A stretch of DNA of 64,000 nucleotides from Gammaproteobacteria bacterium (GTDB taxonomy: Bacteria; Pseudomonadota; Gammaproteobacteria; Steroidobacterales; Steroidobacteraceae): positions 653 to 64,652 of the forward strand of contig PKXS01000142.1 of the NCBI GenBank assembly GCA_003132425.1, read 5' to 3'. The translations under genes and the position numbers were made by a program. Of this stretch, positions 19,326 to 31,407 are shown piece after piece. The notes beneath the pieces are model-generated. The model was not told where the DNA came from. It did no database searches and saw only the letters and a list, made by a program, of their open reading frames with translations. Within the stretch, counting starts at the first letter, position 1; each line of letters begins with the position of its first letter.

Positions 19326-20758
19326 GGATTGGTTCCCAGTGACTGCCACAAATAATGTACCGCGTATGCCCGCCACGGCCGCCACGCCTGTGAGCGCTCT
19401 TGTAATTGCCTCTGATTGGCGTTCGCGGCTCTCATGAGCATCAGATCGCCGCTGGGGAAAGCATCCGGCCAATGCAGCGCCCGCATGGCGATGTATTGCG
19501 CCGTCCAGGGCCCAATGCCCGGCAGGCGCATCAACGCCTCGATCTGCTCATCGACATTCGGTGCGAACGTCAATACCACGCGCCGCTCCAGAATTGCCGG
19601 CGCGAGCAAGGATAGGCATCGCGCCCGAGCACTCACGACCCCCAGCGCGGAGATTTCATTTGCCGCGACGCAAGCCATGCGCTGCGCGGCCGGCGTCAGA
19701 CGATTGAGCTCAGGATAGGGAGTGGCGATCGGTACACCGAAGGCGCACGCCCAGCGCCCCGCAAGCGTCGTCGCGCCCTTCACCGATATTTGTTGCCCAA
19801 GAATTGCGCGCACCGCCAGCTCGAAGCCGTCGAATGCCCCGGCAACGCGCAATCCGGGAATCCGGCGTACCACCCGGGCGAGCGTCGGATCCTTCAGCAG
19901 CAGTGCGCTCACTGCATCAGGCACCGCTCCCAGATCGAAAAGCCGCTTCACCCGGACGATGACCGCGGCGATCACCGGCGCCAGCGACGGCGACATCTCT
20001 AGGTTCAGCGAATTGGCTCTTTTGCCCAAGGAAACGGCGATCCAGCCCCGACAGTCGTCGATGGCGACCGTGCGTCGGTAATGGGTTTCATCCACCATCT
20101 CGACGCCCGGGATGGCACGCCGGCGCAGGTATTCCAGCAAGCTATGCCAGGCGAACGGCGGGCGATATTCCAACTGGCAGTGCAGCCCCGCGGCGGCAGT
20201 CGCGGTGCCGCGCAGCGCGCGGGGACTAAGGCCGTAACGTGATTTGAACAAGGCGTTGAAGCGCCGCACACTGCCAAAACCGCTGGCAAATGCAATTTCC
20301 GTCTGACTCAAGCGGGTGTCGCCGAGTAATCGCTTCGCCAGCAGCAGGCGCTGCGTCTGCGCCAGTTCAATCGGCGACACGCCGAGTTCGGCCTCGGTGA
20401 CGCGGCGCAGGTGCCGATCGCTCACGCCCAATGACGCCGCGAGTTCACCCACGCGCGCGCTCGAGAGCGCATGTTCTTCAATGCCGGCGATCGCCGCGCC
20501 GACCAGGCGGCTCACCGCATCGATGGGCGCAAGGCCCGGCGCGCGCTCCGGCCGGCAGCGCAGACAGGGTCTGAAGCTTGCTGCCTCGGCCGCCGCCGCG
20601 CTGGAATAGAACCGCATATTCTCGCGCTTTGCCGGCCGCGCCGGACAAATGGGCCGGCAATAAATGCGGGTCGAGGTAATGGCGACGAAAAAGCGGCCGT
20701 CAAAACGCCGGTCGCGGGCGCGGACCGCGCGAAAACACGCATCGGAGTCAAGTTCCAT
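19322..20758 (-). CDS. Ada N-terminal (methylphosphotriester-DNA methyltransferase / AraC regulator) fused to AlkA-type DNA-3-methyladenine glycosylase II
   Basis: 478 aa. Zn-Cys4 region YCRPICPARP...FRPCLRCRP, AraC HTH, then HhH-GPD (LPGIGPWTAQYIAMRAL...FPSGDL). Confidence 0.88.
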   Translation of the reverse strand: MELDSDACFRAVRARDRRFDGRFFVAITSTRIYCRPICPARPAKRENMRFYSSAAAAEAASFRPCLRCRPERAPGLAPIDAVSRLVGAAIAGIEEHALSSARVGELAASLGVSDRHLRRVTEAELGVSPIELAQTQRLLLAKRLLGDTRLSQTEIAFASGFGSVRRFNALFKSRYGLSPRALRGTATAAAGLHCQLEYRPPFAWHSLLEYLRRRAIPGVEMVDETHYRRTVAIDDCRGWIAVSLGKRANSLNLEMSPSLAPVIAAVIVRVKRLFDLGAVPDAVSALLLKDPTLARVVRRIPGLRVAGAFDGFELAVRAILGQQISVKGATTLAGRWACAFGVPIATPYPELNRLTPAAQRMACVAANEISALGVVSARARCLSLLAPAILERRVVLTFAPNVDEQIEALMRLPGIGPWTAQYIAMRALHWPDAFPSGDLMLMRAANANQRQLQERSQAWRPWRAYAVHYLWQSLGTNP

Positions 20759-20822
20759 GACCCCAGACTAGCGAAATTTCGCACCCGATACTCGCCGTTT
20801 TCGGACATCGATATGTCCGCGG

Positions 20823-22271
<1,449 letters not shown>

Positions 22272-22274
22272 TCA

Positions 22275-25200
22275 TTACGCGGCGCGCCGCAAATTGACCA
22301 GCAACGAATCGATTTCCGCCGCCTTCGGTTTCACCACCCAGAACTTGCCGATGTAGCTGCGAAAATCGTTCAGCAATTGCTCTCCCCACACGCTCTCCGT
22401 AGCCTCGACGTGGTGCTCGATCAGGCCTCGCAGGTGCTGAACATGGGTGCCCATGCCTTCCGGCGACACGCGGTGAATATCGATCAGCTCGTGGTTGTAG
22501 CGATCGACGAAGTCGCGCTCCATATCGAGCACGTAGGCGAAACCGCCGGTTAAGCCGGCGCCGAAATTCACGCCGGTGCGCCCCAGCACGCACACCACTC
22601 CACCCGTCATGTATTCGCAGCAGTGGTCGCCCGTTCCCTCGATCACTGCAAGGGCACCGGAATTACGCACGGCAAACCGTTCGCCGGCGGTGCCCGCGGC
22701 ATACAGTTCGCCCCCCGTCGCTCCATATAAGCAGGTATTGCCCATGATCACCGTCTCGCGTGCGACAAAACCGCAGTGCGGGTGCGGTTTCAATACGATC
22801 TTGCCGGCCGCCATGCCCTTGCCGACGTAATCGTTGGCTTCGCCTTCCAGGTGCAGGTGCAGTCCTCCGGCGTTCCAGACGCCGAAGCTTTGGCCGGCGG
22901 AGCCTTTCAGATTGACGATGATCGGCGAGTTGCTCATCCCGGTGTTTCCCCAGCGCTTGGCGATCTCGCCGGAAATGCGCGCGCCGATGGAGCGGTGGAA
23001 GTTGCTCACCGCGTAGGTGAATTCGCCTCCGGACCTCTTGGCGATGGCCTCTTGCATGTCGATCAGCATGCTCTCGGCAAGAAGGCCCTTGTCGAACGGC
23101 TCATTGCGATGTTCGAGGCAGTACTGCGGCTTGCTCGGCGCCAACTCGCAATTCGCCAACACCGGCCGCAGATCGAGCTTGCGCTGCTTCGCAGTTTCGC
23201 CCGGCAGAATCTCCAGGTGCTCGGTGCGCCCGATGAGCTCCTCAAGGGTCCGCACCCCCATCTGAGCCATGATTTCCCGGCATTCCTGCGCCACGAACTT
23301 AAAATAGTTGATCACCATCTCAGGCAGCCCGACGAAGAACTTGGCGCGCAGCACATTGTGCTGGGTCGCCACGCCGGTCGCGCAGTTGTTGAGGTGGCAG
23401 ATTCGCAAGTACTTGCACCCCAACGCCACCATCGGCGCGGTGCCGAAGCCGAAGCTCTCGGCGCCGATGATGGCGGCTTTGATGACGTCGAGACCCGTCT
23501 TCAAGCCGCCGTCGGTTTGCAGCCGCACGCGATGCCGCAAATCGTTGGCACGCAGCGTTTGATGCGTTTCCGCAAGCCCCAATTCCCACGGCGTGCCGGC
23601 GTACTTGATCGAGGACAGCGGGCTCGCGCCGGTGCCGCCGTCGTAACCGCTGATCGTGATCAAATCCGCGTAGGCCTTCACCACGCCCGCCGCGACCGTG
23701 CCGACGCCGGGCTCCGCCACCAGCTTTACCGAGACCAGGGCGCGAGGATTGACTTGTTTCAAGTCAAATATCAGCTGCGCGAGATCTTCGATGGAATAGA
23801 TATCGTGATGCGGCGGCGGTGAAATCAAGCCCACGCCGGGCCGCGCAAATCGCAACCGCGCGATCATGTCGTTTACCTTGTGGCCCGGGAGCTGTCCGCC
23901 TTCGCCCGGCTTCGCGCCTTGGGCGATTTTGATTTGCAGCACTTCGGCATTGATCAAGTATTCCGGCGTCACTCCGAATCGCCCTGAAGCCACTTGTTTG
24001 ATCTTGGAATTCTTCTCCGTGCCGTAACGCACGGGATCCTCGCCGCCTTCGCCGGAATTCGAGCGCGCGCCCAAACGATTCATGGCGATTGCCAAAGCCT
24101 CGTGCGCTTCGGGGGACAACGCTCCCAACGACATGCCCGCGCTGTCGAAGCGCGCGATGATCGCCGCCAGCGGTTCGACTTCGTCGACGGGAATCGCGGC
24201 GCCGAGATTCCTTAGCTTCAACAGATCCCGGATGCAGGACACCGGCCGATCGTTGACCAGAGCGGCAAATTGCTTGTATTGCGCGTAATCGCCGGTCATC
24301 ACTGCCGACTGCAGCGTGGCAATGACATCCGGGTTGTACATATGGTACTCGCCGTTGTGCATGTACTTGAGCAGGCCACCCTGCTCCACGCTCTCGGCAG
24401 GATTCCAGGCGCGCCGGGTCAAGTACTCGGAATCGGCTTTCAGGTCGGTGAAGTCGGCTCCCTGGATCCGGCTTTCCGAGCCCGCGAAGCACAGGGCGAC
24501 CACCTCCTCGCCCAATCCCACGATCTCGAACAGCTGCGCGCTGCGGTAGCTCGCGATGGTTGAAATGCCCATCTTGGACATGATCTTGAACAGGCCCTTG
24601 CGAATCCCGCGCCGGTAACTGCGTCCCAGCTCTTGGCGCGTATCCGCTTCCATTTTTACGGCCCCCGTACGCATCAGATCGAACAAGGTCTGATACGCAA
24701 GATAGGGGTACACCGCGGTCGCGCCATAGCCGATCAGGCACGCGAAATGATGAGCGTCGCGGGCGGTGCCGGTCTCCACCAAGATGTTGCACTTGCAGCG
24801 CAGGCCCGTATTGACCAGTCGATGGTGCACGGCGCCGGTGGCGAGCAGGGCATGGATCGGCATCTTGCCCTTCACAGGGTACCGATCGGAAAGCAGCAGC
24901 ACGAGCTTACCGGCGCGCACCGCCGACTCCGCCTGATCGCAAACCTTCACGATCGCGGCATCGAGATCCAAGCGCTCGTCGAATTGCAGATCGATGAATT
25001 CGTGCGGGACTCCGCAGTCCGCAAGGCCCATGATCTGCCGCAGTTTGCGCTGCGACAGCACCGGCGAGCTGAGCACGATCTGTTCGGCGTGCTGCTGTGC
25101 CGGGACGAAGATATTGCACTCCGGGCCTATCTGCGTCTGCAGCGACATCACCACGCTTTCGCGCAAGGAATCGATCGGCGGGTTCGTGACTTGGGCGAAC

Positions 25201-26804
25201 TGCTGGCGGAAATAATCGTACAAAGAGCGCACCTTCCTCGACAGCACCGGCATCGGGGTGTCGTCGCCCATCGACCCTACCGCTTCGCTTTCGTCCTCGG
25301 CCAGCACGCGGATGATCTCGTCGCGCTCCTCGGCCGACACGTTGAACAACTTTTGAAACAGCGACAGCGTGTCGCGATCAAAAGGCTCGGCCGCCAGCCG
25401 CGGATCGATGAGGTCGGTTTGCAAATACCGCACGCTCTTTTTGAGCCAGGCTTTGTAGGGATGGCGGCTCTTCAACAGGTCATCGACCCGCTTGGTATCC
25501 ATGAGCTCGGAGGTCTGTAAATCGAGCGCCAAGATTTCGCCGGGGCCCAATTTGCCCTTCTTAAGGACATCCTCCGGCGAGTAATCCCAGACGCCTGCTT
25601 CCGATGCGATGGTGATGTGCCGATTCTTGGTGATGACCCAGCGCGCGGGCCGCAGCCCATTGCGGTCCAGCGTGCAGCAGGCATAGCGGCCGTCGGTGAG
25701 CGCGATGCCGGCGGGGCCGTCCCAGGGCTCCATGTGGGTGGCATAGTATTCGTAGAATGCTTTGACATCCGGATCGATCATGTCGACCGACTGCCACGCC
25801 GGCGGCACCAACATCCGCATGGCATGCATCGGATCGAGGCCGCCGACCAGCAACAGTTCCAGCATGTTGTCGAGCGATTGCGAATCGGAACCCGTGAGCG
25901 TTACGACGGGCAAAATGTCGCTGAGGTCGGGCAGCAGCGGCGACCGAAACAGCGGACCGCGCGCCACCGCCCAACTGCGGTTGCCCTGCACCGTGTTGAT
26001 CTCGCCATTGTGCGCAAGATAGCGATACGGGTGGGCAAGCCGCCATTGCGGCAGCGTGTTGGTGGAAAAGCGCTGGTGAAATACGACCACCGAGGCCTCC
26101 ATCCGCGGATCCTTCAGGTCCGGATAGAACTGCGCCAGGAATTGCGGCATCACCATGCCTTTGTAGACGATGGTGCTCGCCGACAATGACGGGATGTAAA
26201 AGTCGGGGTCGTTCGCTTCCAAAGCCTTTTCGGTACGTCGCCGCGCCAAAAAAAGCTTGCGGTTGAAGACCGCCTCCTCGATGTCCTCGCCCGCATTGAC
26301 GAACACCTGCTCGATGGTGGGCAGCGTCTTGATGGCTTCCAGACCGCAGGCATTGGGGTCTACGGCCACGGAGCGAAAGCCTGCGACCTGCAATTTCTCC
26401 CGCTCAATGTGCTCGGTGAGAACCCGGCGCGCGTAGCCGGCCTTCGCCGAATCGCGGCTAAGGAACACCGAGCCTGCCGCGAACAGGTGATTGAGCGAGA
26501 ATCCGGCTTCGTGAGCCGCCGCCCGCAAGAAGCCCACGGGCTTCTTGATCAACAGACCACAGCCATCCCCCGTCTTGCCATCGGCGGCAATCGCACCGCG
26601 ATGGGTGAGACGATTGAGCGAGCTGATGGCTGTCTGCAGCACCCAATGACTGGGGTGATCGTCGAGACTCGCGATCAAGCCGAAACCACAGCAGTCCCTT
26701 TCATAGGTAGGCTTGTAAAGACCCCATTTCTCGATGCGCGGATCCTGAAGCCGAGGGTCCGCCTTCAGTGCCGAAAATTCCGCGCCAATACGCCGCTGTG
26801 CCAT
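22275..26804 (-). CDS. gltB: Glutamate synthase large subunit
   Basis: 1509 aa. N-terminal amidotransferase (CGFGLIA after processing), FMN/3Fe-4S central domains, C-terminal GXGXG beta-helix. Confidence 0.97.
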   Translation of the reverse strand: MAQRRIGAEFSALKADPRLQDPRIEKWGLYKPTYERDCCGFGLIASLDDHPSHWVLQTAISSLNRLTHRGAIAADGKTGDGCGLLIKKPVGFLRAAAHEAGFSLNHLFAAGSVFLSRDSAKAGYARRVLTEHIEREKLQVAGFRSVAVDPNACGLEAIKTLPTIEQVFVNAGEDIEEAVFNRKLFLARRRTEKALEANDPDFYIPSLSASTIVYKGMVMPQFLAQFYPDLKDPRMEASVVVFHQRFSTNTLPQWRLAHPYRYLAHNGEINTVQGNRSWAVARGPLFRSPLLPDLSDILPVVTLTGSDSQSLDNMLELLLVGGLDPMHAMRMLVPPAWQSVDMIDPDVKAFYEYYATHMEPWDGPAGIALTDGRYACCTLDRNGLRPARWVITKNRHITIASEAGVWDYSPEDVLKKGKLGPGEILALDLQTSELMDTKRVDDLLKSRHPYKAWLKKSVRYLQTDLIDPRLAAEPFDRDTLSLFQKLFNVSAEERDEIIRVLAEDESEAVGSMGDDTPMPVLSRKVRSLYDYFRQQFAQVTNPPIDSLRESVVMSLQTQIGPECNIFVPAQQHAEQIVLSSPVLSQRKLRQIMGLADCGVPHEFIDLQFDERLDLDAAIVKVCDQAESAVRAGKLVLLLSDRYPVKGKMPIHALLATGAVHHRLVNTGLRCKCNILVETGTARDAHHFACLIGYGATAVYPYLAYQTLFDLMRTGAVKMEADTRQELGRSYRRGIRKGLFKIMSKMGISTIASYRSAQLFEIVGLGEEVVALCFAGSESRIQGADFTDLKADSEYLTRRAWNPAESVEQGGLLKYMHNGEYHMYNPDVIATLQSAVMTGDYAQYKQFAALVNDRPVSCIRDLLKLRNLGAAIPVDEVEPLAAIIARFDSAGMSLGALSPEAHEALAIAMNRLGARSNSGEGGEDPVRYGTEKNSKIKQVASGRFGVTPEYLINAEVLQIKIAQGAKPGEGGQLPGHKVNDMIARLRFARPGVGLISPPPHHDIYSIEDLAQLIFDLKQVNPRALVSVKLVAEPGVGTVAAGVVKAYADLITISGYDGGTGASPLSSIKYAGTPWELGLAETHQTLRANDLRHRVRLQTDGGLKTGLDVIKAAIIGAESFGFGTAPMVALGCKYLRICHLNNCATGVATQHNVLRAKFFVGLPEMVINYFKFVAQECREIMAQMGVRTLEELIGRTEHLEILPGETAKQRKLDLRPVLANCELAPSKPQYCLEHRNEPFDKGLLAESMLIDMQEAIAKRSGGEFTYAVSNFHRSIGARISGEIAKRWGNTGMSNSPIIVNLKGSAGQSFGVWNAGGLHLHLEGEANDYVGKGMAAGKIVLKPHPHCGFVARETVIMGNTCLYGATGGELYAAGTAGERFAVRNSGALAVIEGTGDHCCEYMTGGVVCVLGRTGVNFGAGLTGGFAYVLDMERDFVDRYNHELIDIHRVSPEGMGTHVQHLRGLIEHHVEATESVWGEQLLNDFRSYIGKFWVVKPKAAEIDSLLVNLRRAA

Positions 26805-27017
26805 AACTTCAAGCCCGAATTAAGCCGTGCCCTGCGGTTGATTCCGCAGAGTCTTTCAAAAACAATAACTTAACTCGGTTAGGCGCCCAAAATTTGCGCG
26901 CCGGTGGGGCAATCGCCGTTAGGCGCGCCTGTGCATGCGAGTCATGATACCTAGGTGGTAGTCATCGTCAATCGCCGCGTGGGCGGCGGCGGCCCTGACC
27001 GGCGCCTTCCAAGCTCC

Positions 27018-27446
27018 TCAACCGGCGATGTAGTGCTCCAGCTGCTCGATGCGCTGGCTCTGCTCCTCGATCACGGCCTTGACCAAGTCGCCGATCGATA
27101 ACATGCCCACGACTCGTCCGGATTTCATCACCGGCAAATGTCTAAAGCGTTTCTCGGTCATGATTTCCATGCAGCGGTGCACCGTATCATCCGGCGAGAC
27201 GGTCACCGCCGGTGCGGTCATGATGTCGCTGACCGGAGTGTCGTGCGACGAGCGGTTCTTGAGGATGACCTTACGGGCGTAATCACGCTCGGAGACGATG
27301 CCGAGCAGCGACTCGCGTTCCATGACGAGAAGTGCGCCCACATGCCAGGTCGCCATCATTTCCACGGCGTGCAGTACGGAGTCACTCGGAGCGACGGAAA
27401 AAACCTGTGTGCCCTTGCCCTTCAGCAGTTGATTCACGGTTTGCAT
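27018..27446 (-). CDS. CBS-pair domain protein
   Basis: Trimmed to the ATG at 27446 (MQTVNQLLKGKGTQVFSV...). 142 aa, two CBS repeats. Confidence 0.85.
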   Translation of the reverse strand: MQTVNQLLKGKGTQVFSVAPSDSVLHAVEMMATWHVGALLVMERESLLGIVSERDYARKVILKNRSSHDTPVSDIMTAPAVTVSPDDTVHRCMEIMTEKRFRHLPVMKSGRVVGMLSIGDLVKAVIEEQSQRIEQLEHYIAG

Positions 27447-27547
27447 AATGCCCCCGGGTGATTCTCGCGATATCGGACGTCTGCGGCGCCCGTTCTCATG
27501 ACTATACTCCCGCCTTGGCCTAGGACAAGTACGCCCTAATTCGCACC

Positions 27548-29620
27548 ATGATCCCACCGCAAATCAAGCCTCCCGTCGCGGCCGTGCGCCCGCATACGAT
27601 CGCCTCGCCGCATGGCGCGCGAACGGACCCCTACTACTGGTTACGCGATGATGATCGCCGCAACCCCGAGATCTTGGCCTATCTCAACGCGGAAAATTCC
27701 TACCGGGAACATCGCCTGGCTGCGGTCAAGCCGCTGGAGAACAAGCTCTATGAGGAGATCATCGCGCGCTTGAAGCAGGACGATGCGACCGTTCCGTACT
27801 TCAAACGCGGCTATTGGTACGCCACCCGCTACGAGTCCGGCAAGGAGCACCCCGTCTACGTGCGGCGCAAGGGAACGCTCGACGCAGCCGAAGAAATCAT
27901 GCTGGATGCCAACACACTGGCCACCGGACATGACTACTACCAAATCGGTGCGCTCGAGATCTCGCCGGATTCACGGTGGCTGGCATTTTGCGAGGATACG
28001 GTCGGCCGGCGCCAATACTGCCTGCGCTTCAAGCATTTACCGACCGGCGAGATTCCGGCTGATCGGATCGAGAATGTCGAGCCGGATGTGGCGTGGGCCA
28101 ACGACAACGAGACGGTGCTCTATGTCGAGAAGGATCCGGAAACACTGCTGGGCCTGTTCGTCAAAAAGCACCTCCTGGGCACGGATCAGCAGCACGATGT
28201 TCTGGTGTTTCGGCAGAGCGAGACAGCCTTTTACACCGGCCTCTGCAAATCGAAATCCGAGCGCTTCATATTCATTCACATGGAAAGCACCGTGTCCTCG
28301 GAATGGCGCTACGCAGACGCGGACGACCCGTCCTTGGGATTCCAGCTTTTTCTGGCGCACGAGCGCGACCACGAGTACCAGGTCGAGCACCTTGGGCATG
28401 ACTTCATGGTCAGAACTAACTGGCTGGCCCGCAATTTTCGTCTGATGCGGGTAAGGATCGGCGAGGAAGGCTCCCGCGCCAACTGGCAGGACGTGGTGGC
28501 GCACCGGAACGACACATTCATTCAGGACTTCGAGGTCTTTGACGGCTTTATCGCGCTCTCGGTGCGTACCGGCGGCCTGCGTAAAATCCGCATAAAACTC
28601 CTGCGCCCGCGCGGCGGCGAGGAATACGTCATCGCAAGCGATGAGCCGGCCTGCACGATGTCGATATCGATCAATCCGCAACTCGATACCGACGTACTAC
28701 GCTATGCGTACTCCTCGCTGACCACGCCGACCAGCGTTTACGATTACGACGTGCGCAGCGGCGAAAGGACCTTGCTGAAGCGCGATCCGGTGCTCGGCGG
28801 CTTCGATCCCGCGAACTACCGGTCCGAGTTCCTATTTGCGAAGGCTGCGGACGGTACTCGGATTCCGGTGTCGCTGGTTTACCGCCGTGGCTTCGTGCGC
28901 AATGGGTCGGCCCCTCTGCTTCAGTACGCGTACGGATCGTACGGTCTATCGGCCGATCCGGGCTTTTCCTCGGCACGCTTCAGCCTGATCGACCGTGGAT
29001 TTGTCTACGCGATCGCGCATGTCCGCGGCGGCCAAGAGATGGGGCGTGCCTGGTATGACGACGGGCGCTTGCTGCACAAGAAAAATTCGTTTACGGACTT
29101 CGTCGACGTCACGCGCTTTCTGGTTGCCGAAGGGTACGCAGCGAGCAATAAGACATTTGCGATGGGCGGCAGCGCCGGCGGACTGTTGATGGGAGCCGTC
29201 GCGAACTTAAGTCCCCAAGACTATCTGGGCATCGTCGTGCAGGTACCCTTCGTCGACGTCGTCACGACGATGTTGGACGACAGCATCCCGTTGACCACGA
29301 ACGAATATGACGAGTGGGGCAATCCGGCCGACAAGACTTTCTACGACTACCTCCTGTCCTATTCCCCGTACGACAATGTGCGCGCGCAGCGCTATCCCGC
29401 CATGTTCGTCGCCACCGGCCTATGGGACAGCCAGGTGCAGTACTACGAACCCGTCAAGTGGGTGGCGAAGCTGCGGGCGCTCAAGACCGACGAAAATCCC
29501 CTGCTGATGCACATCGACATGGAGGCCGGCCACGGCGGCAAGTCCGGCCGCTTCCAGCGCTATCGGGAAACCGCCATGGAGTACGCATTCATATTGGATC
29601 AACTGGGGGTGCGGCAATAA
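27548..29620 (+). CDS. ptrB: Oligopeptidase B (S9A prolyl-oligopeptidase family)
   Basis: 690 aa. Beta-propeller N-domain, catalytic GGSAGGLLMG serine, C-terminal GHGG. Confidence 0.9.
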   Translation: MIPPQIKPPVAAVRPHTIASPHGARTDPYYWLRDDDRRNPEILAYLNAENSYREHRLAAVKPLENKLYEEIIARLKQDDATVPYFKRGYWYATRYESGKEHPVYVRRKGTLDAAEEIMLDANTLATGHDYYQIGALEISPDSRWLAFCEDTVGRRQYCLRFKHLPTGEIPADRIENVEPDVAWANDNETVLYVEKDPETLLGLFVKKHLLGTDQQHDVLVFRQSETAFYTGLCKSKSERFIFIHMESTVSSEWRYADADDPSLGFQLFLAHERDHEYQVEHLGHDFMVRTNWLARNFRLMRVRIGEEGSRANWQDVVAHRNDTFIQDFEVFDGFIALSVRTGGLRKIRIKLLRPRGGEEYVIASDEPACTMSISINPQLDTDVLRYAYSSLTTPTSVYDYDVRSGERTLLKRDPVLGGFDPANYRSEFLFAKAADGTRIPVSLVYRRGFVRNGSAPLLQYAYGSYGLSADPGFSSARFSLIDRGFVYAIAHVRGGQEMGRAWYDDGRLLHKKNSFTDFVDVTRFLVAEGYAASNKTFAMGGSAGGLLMGAVANLSPQDYLGIVVQVPFVDVVTTMLDDSIPLTTNEYDEWGNPADKTFYDYLLSYSPYDNVRAQRYPAMFVATGLWDSQVQYYEPVKWVAKLRALKTDENPLLMHIDMEAGHGGKSGRFQRYRETAMEYAFILDQLGVRQ

Positions 29621-29659
29621 AAAGGGCGCCGCGAGCGGGGGAAGCTCAAGCGCGGCGCC
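29617..29659 (-). terminator. Hairpin plus T-run terminator for the 73-aa minus-strand gene
   Basis: Arms GGCGCCGCG (29625-33) and CGCGGCGCC (29651-59). On the minus strand the hairpin is followed by CTTTTTATT. It overlaps the ptrB stop codon. Confidence 0.5.
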
Positions 29660-29687
29660 GGGAGATAACCTTGGGAGAAAATCCGCT

Positions 29688-29909
29688 CTAGACCTGCGCA
29701 ACCTCCGTCATCTCGTAGCCGACGACCTTGGAGGTGTCGGGGTCCACGATCGGCGCGCCCTTGCGAAACCAGGCCGCCGCCACACGCGTGGCGGCGGCCA
29801 CGCGCGCGTCGATGCGTTCGAGAGCAAACTGGCCATCGGCGCGCCGCACCAGCATGGTGGCCTTGAGACTGCCCGGCGGCACCAACAACGCGATGATTTG
29901 CGATTGCAT
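29688..29909 (-). CDS. Small hypothetical protein
   Basis: 73-aa ORF followed by its own terminator-like hairpin. No family recognised. Confidence 0.4.
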   Translation of the reverse strand: MQSQIIALLVPPGSLKATMLVRRADGQFALERIDARVAAATRVAAAWFRKGAPIVDPDTSKVVGYEMTEVAQV

Positions 29910-30056
29910 ACCTTAAGGTGAAGCAAACCGCGTGCCAGGGTGGCCGACCAATTAATTCAAATAGTTAGGCATCATCCCCAGGCTGCGCGCGTGACAGGAA
30001 TTGTCATTGGTGACGCATACCGACCGTCGCGACCATCCCCACCCGGTTGTGCCCGC

Positions 30057-30788
30057 TCAGTGATGGGCGGGGGGTACCACAACGCAGGGCTGCGACTTCG
30101 CCTTGAGCCTGCGACAGACGAGGCGCGCATGCGTTTCGCTGAGCCCTGTCGCCTGCAATCGATAAACAGTGCCCGCCGCCGTTTTCCGCGGCGATACCTT
30201 CGGCGTAAGCCCCGCCAGAATTGTTGGATATTTATTTTGCAGCCGCGCCCAGCGCTTGTCGGCGGCGGCACTGCGGGACTTAAAGGCGCCCAGCTGAATA
30301 CGGTAGTCGCCGGCCTTGGCCGAGGACTTTGCCTCCGGCACCGGGGGCGGCGCGGACTGAGGTTTGGCAGCGACGGCCGCGGCGGCGCCCGCCGCCGTAG
30401 CCGCGCCGGCGACCGCGCCGTTGGCGGCCGGGGTCGGAGCCGCGGCAGTCGAGCCTGAGGGAGCCTGCGCCAAGGTGAAGTTTTCCACGCGGATGCGTGC
30501 TTCCTCCGTCCACTTGCCTTCCGGATATTGCTTCAGAAACGCTTGATAGGCCTCGGCTGTATCGGCGTCCCGCGCCTTTTGCCAGTCGCGCTCCTCGTAG
30601 AGCTCCTTGACGCGGGCCTGCGCCTGGACGGTGAATTCGCCGGCCGGGTATTTCTTGAGAAATTGCTCGTAGGAGTCCGTGCTGTTTGCAGCCCGGGCTT
30701 TCTCCCAGTCACTCTGTTGGCGGCTGCAGCCGCAAAGACCGAGCGCCACCGCGCACCATACGACCAAGACTATTTTTTTGCTGACCAT
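30057..30788 (-). CDS. SPOR-domain lipoprotein
   Basis: 243 aa. Lipobox LGLCGC, TPR-like repeats (YEQFLKKYPAGEF / YQAFLKQYPEGKW), Ala/Pro linker, C-terminal SPOR (YRIQLGAFKSRSAAADKRWARL...YRLQATGL). Confidence 0.8.
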   Translation of the reverse strand: MVSKKIVLVVWCAVALGLCGCSRQQSDWEKARAANSTDSYEQFLKKYPAGEFTVQAQARVKELYEERDWQKARDADTAEAYQAFLKQYPEGKWTEEARIRVENFTLAQAPSGSTAAAPTPAANGAVAGAATAAGAAAAVAAKPQSAPPPVPEAKSSAKAGDYRIQLGAFKSRSAAADKRWARLQNKYPTILAGLTPKVSPRKTAAGTVYRLQATGLSETHARLVCRRLKAKSQPCVVVPPAHH

Positions 30789-30908
30789 TTGGGTACTCGA
30801 GCCATGGGTTGCCTGTACGAGGCAGCATTCTACTGTGAATTGCGGCGTCTGTCGGCGACGCCAAGCTCGTCACATCACGAGCGGTCTTGGATGGGATAAT
30901 AGGCTTCC

Positions 30909-31304
30909 ATGAGCGAACAGAAGCGGCGGTTTTTGGAGGCCAGCGCGGCGACCCCGACCTTTATCGCCGCCGAATCCGTGGTCATCGGCAACATCCGCGG
31001 CACCGGTCTTTTCGTGGTTTCGGGCGAAATACACGGCGACGGCGAGCTGCAAGGCGCTCTCAATCTGTCGGTCACCGGAAGCTGGCACGGCTTTATTCAG
31101 GCGCAGCAAGCCGTGGTCGCCGGAAAGATCATCGGCGGCCTGAGCGTCAAGGATAAATTGGAAATCGGCTATACGGCCGTCATTCGCGGCAAAGTCAGCG
31201 CCCGTACGGTGGCGATTGCCAAAGGGGCGATCGTCGACGGCGAAATCGAGGTCACCTCGGGCGCACCGGTGCTGGAATTCGAGGAAAAGCGCGACGGCAA
31301 ATGA
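30909..31304 (+). CDS. Bactofilin (polymer-forming cytoskeletal protein)
   Basis: 131 aa. DUF583-type beta-helix repeats (VVIGNIRGTG..VSGEIHGDG...VVAGKIIGGLSV..LEIGYTAVIRGKVSA..IAKGAIVDGEI). Confidence 0.85.
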   Translation: MSEQKRRFLEASAATPTFIAAESVVIGNIRGTGLFVVSGEIHGDGELQGALNLSVTGSWHGFIQAQQAVVAGKIIGGLSVKDKLEIGYTAVIRGKVSARTVAIAKGAIVDGEIEVTSGAPVLEFEEKRDGK

Positions 31305-31407
31305 TGGACCTGCGAGGATTGTTCGCGAAAAGCGACAGTGGCGCAAAATTTTGTGTGTTGCCGTCCATTCCCGCATCCTATGGAAAATTCAAACCGCCTT
31401 GAGTCAC

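Noticed and set aside
22776-25520. Several long + strand ORFs (for example 22776..23822, 24633..25520) and the minus-strand out-of-frame ORF 23764..24792, all inside gltB
   Set aside because: They lie wholly within the 1509-aa GltB CDS, which has unmistakable homology. Their translations are Arg/Ala/Gly-rich low-complexity strings typical of off-frame or antisense ORFs in high-GC DNA.
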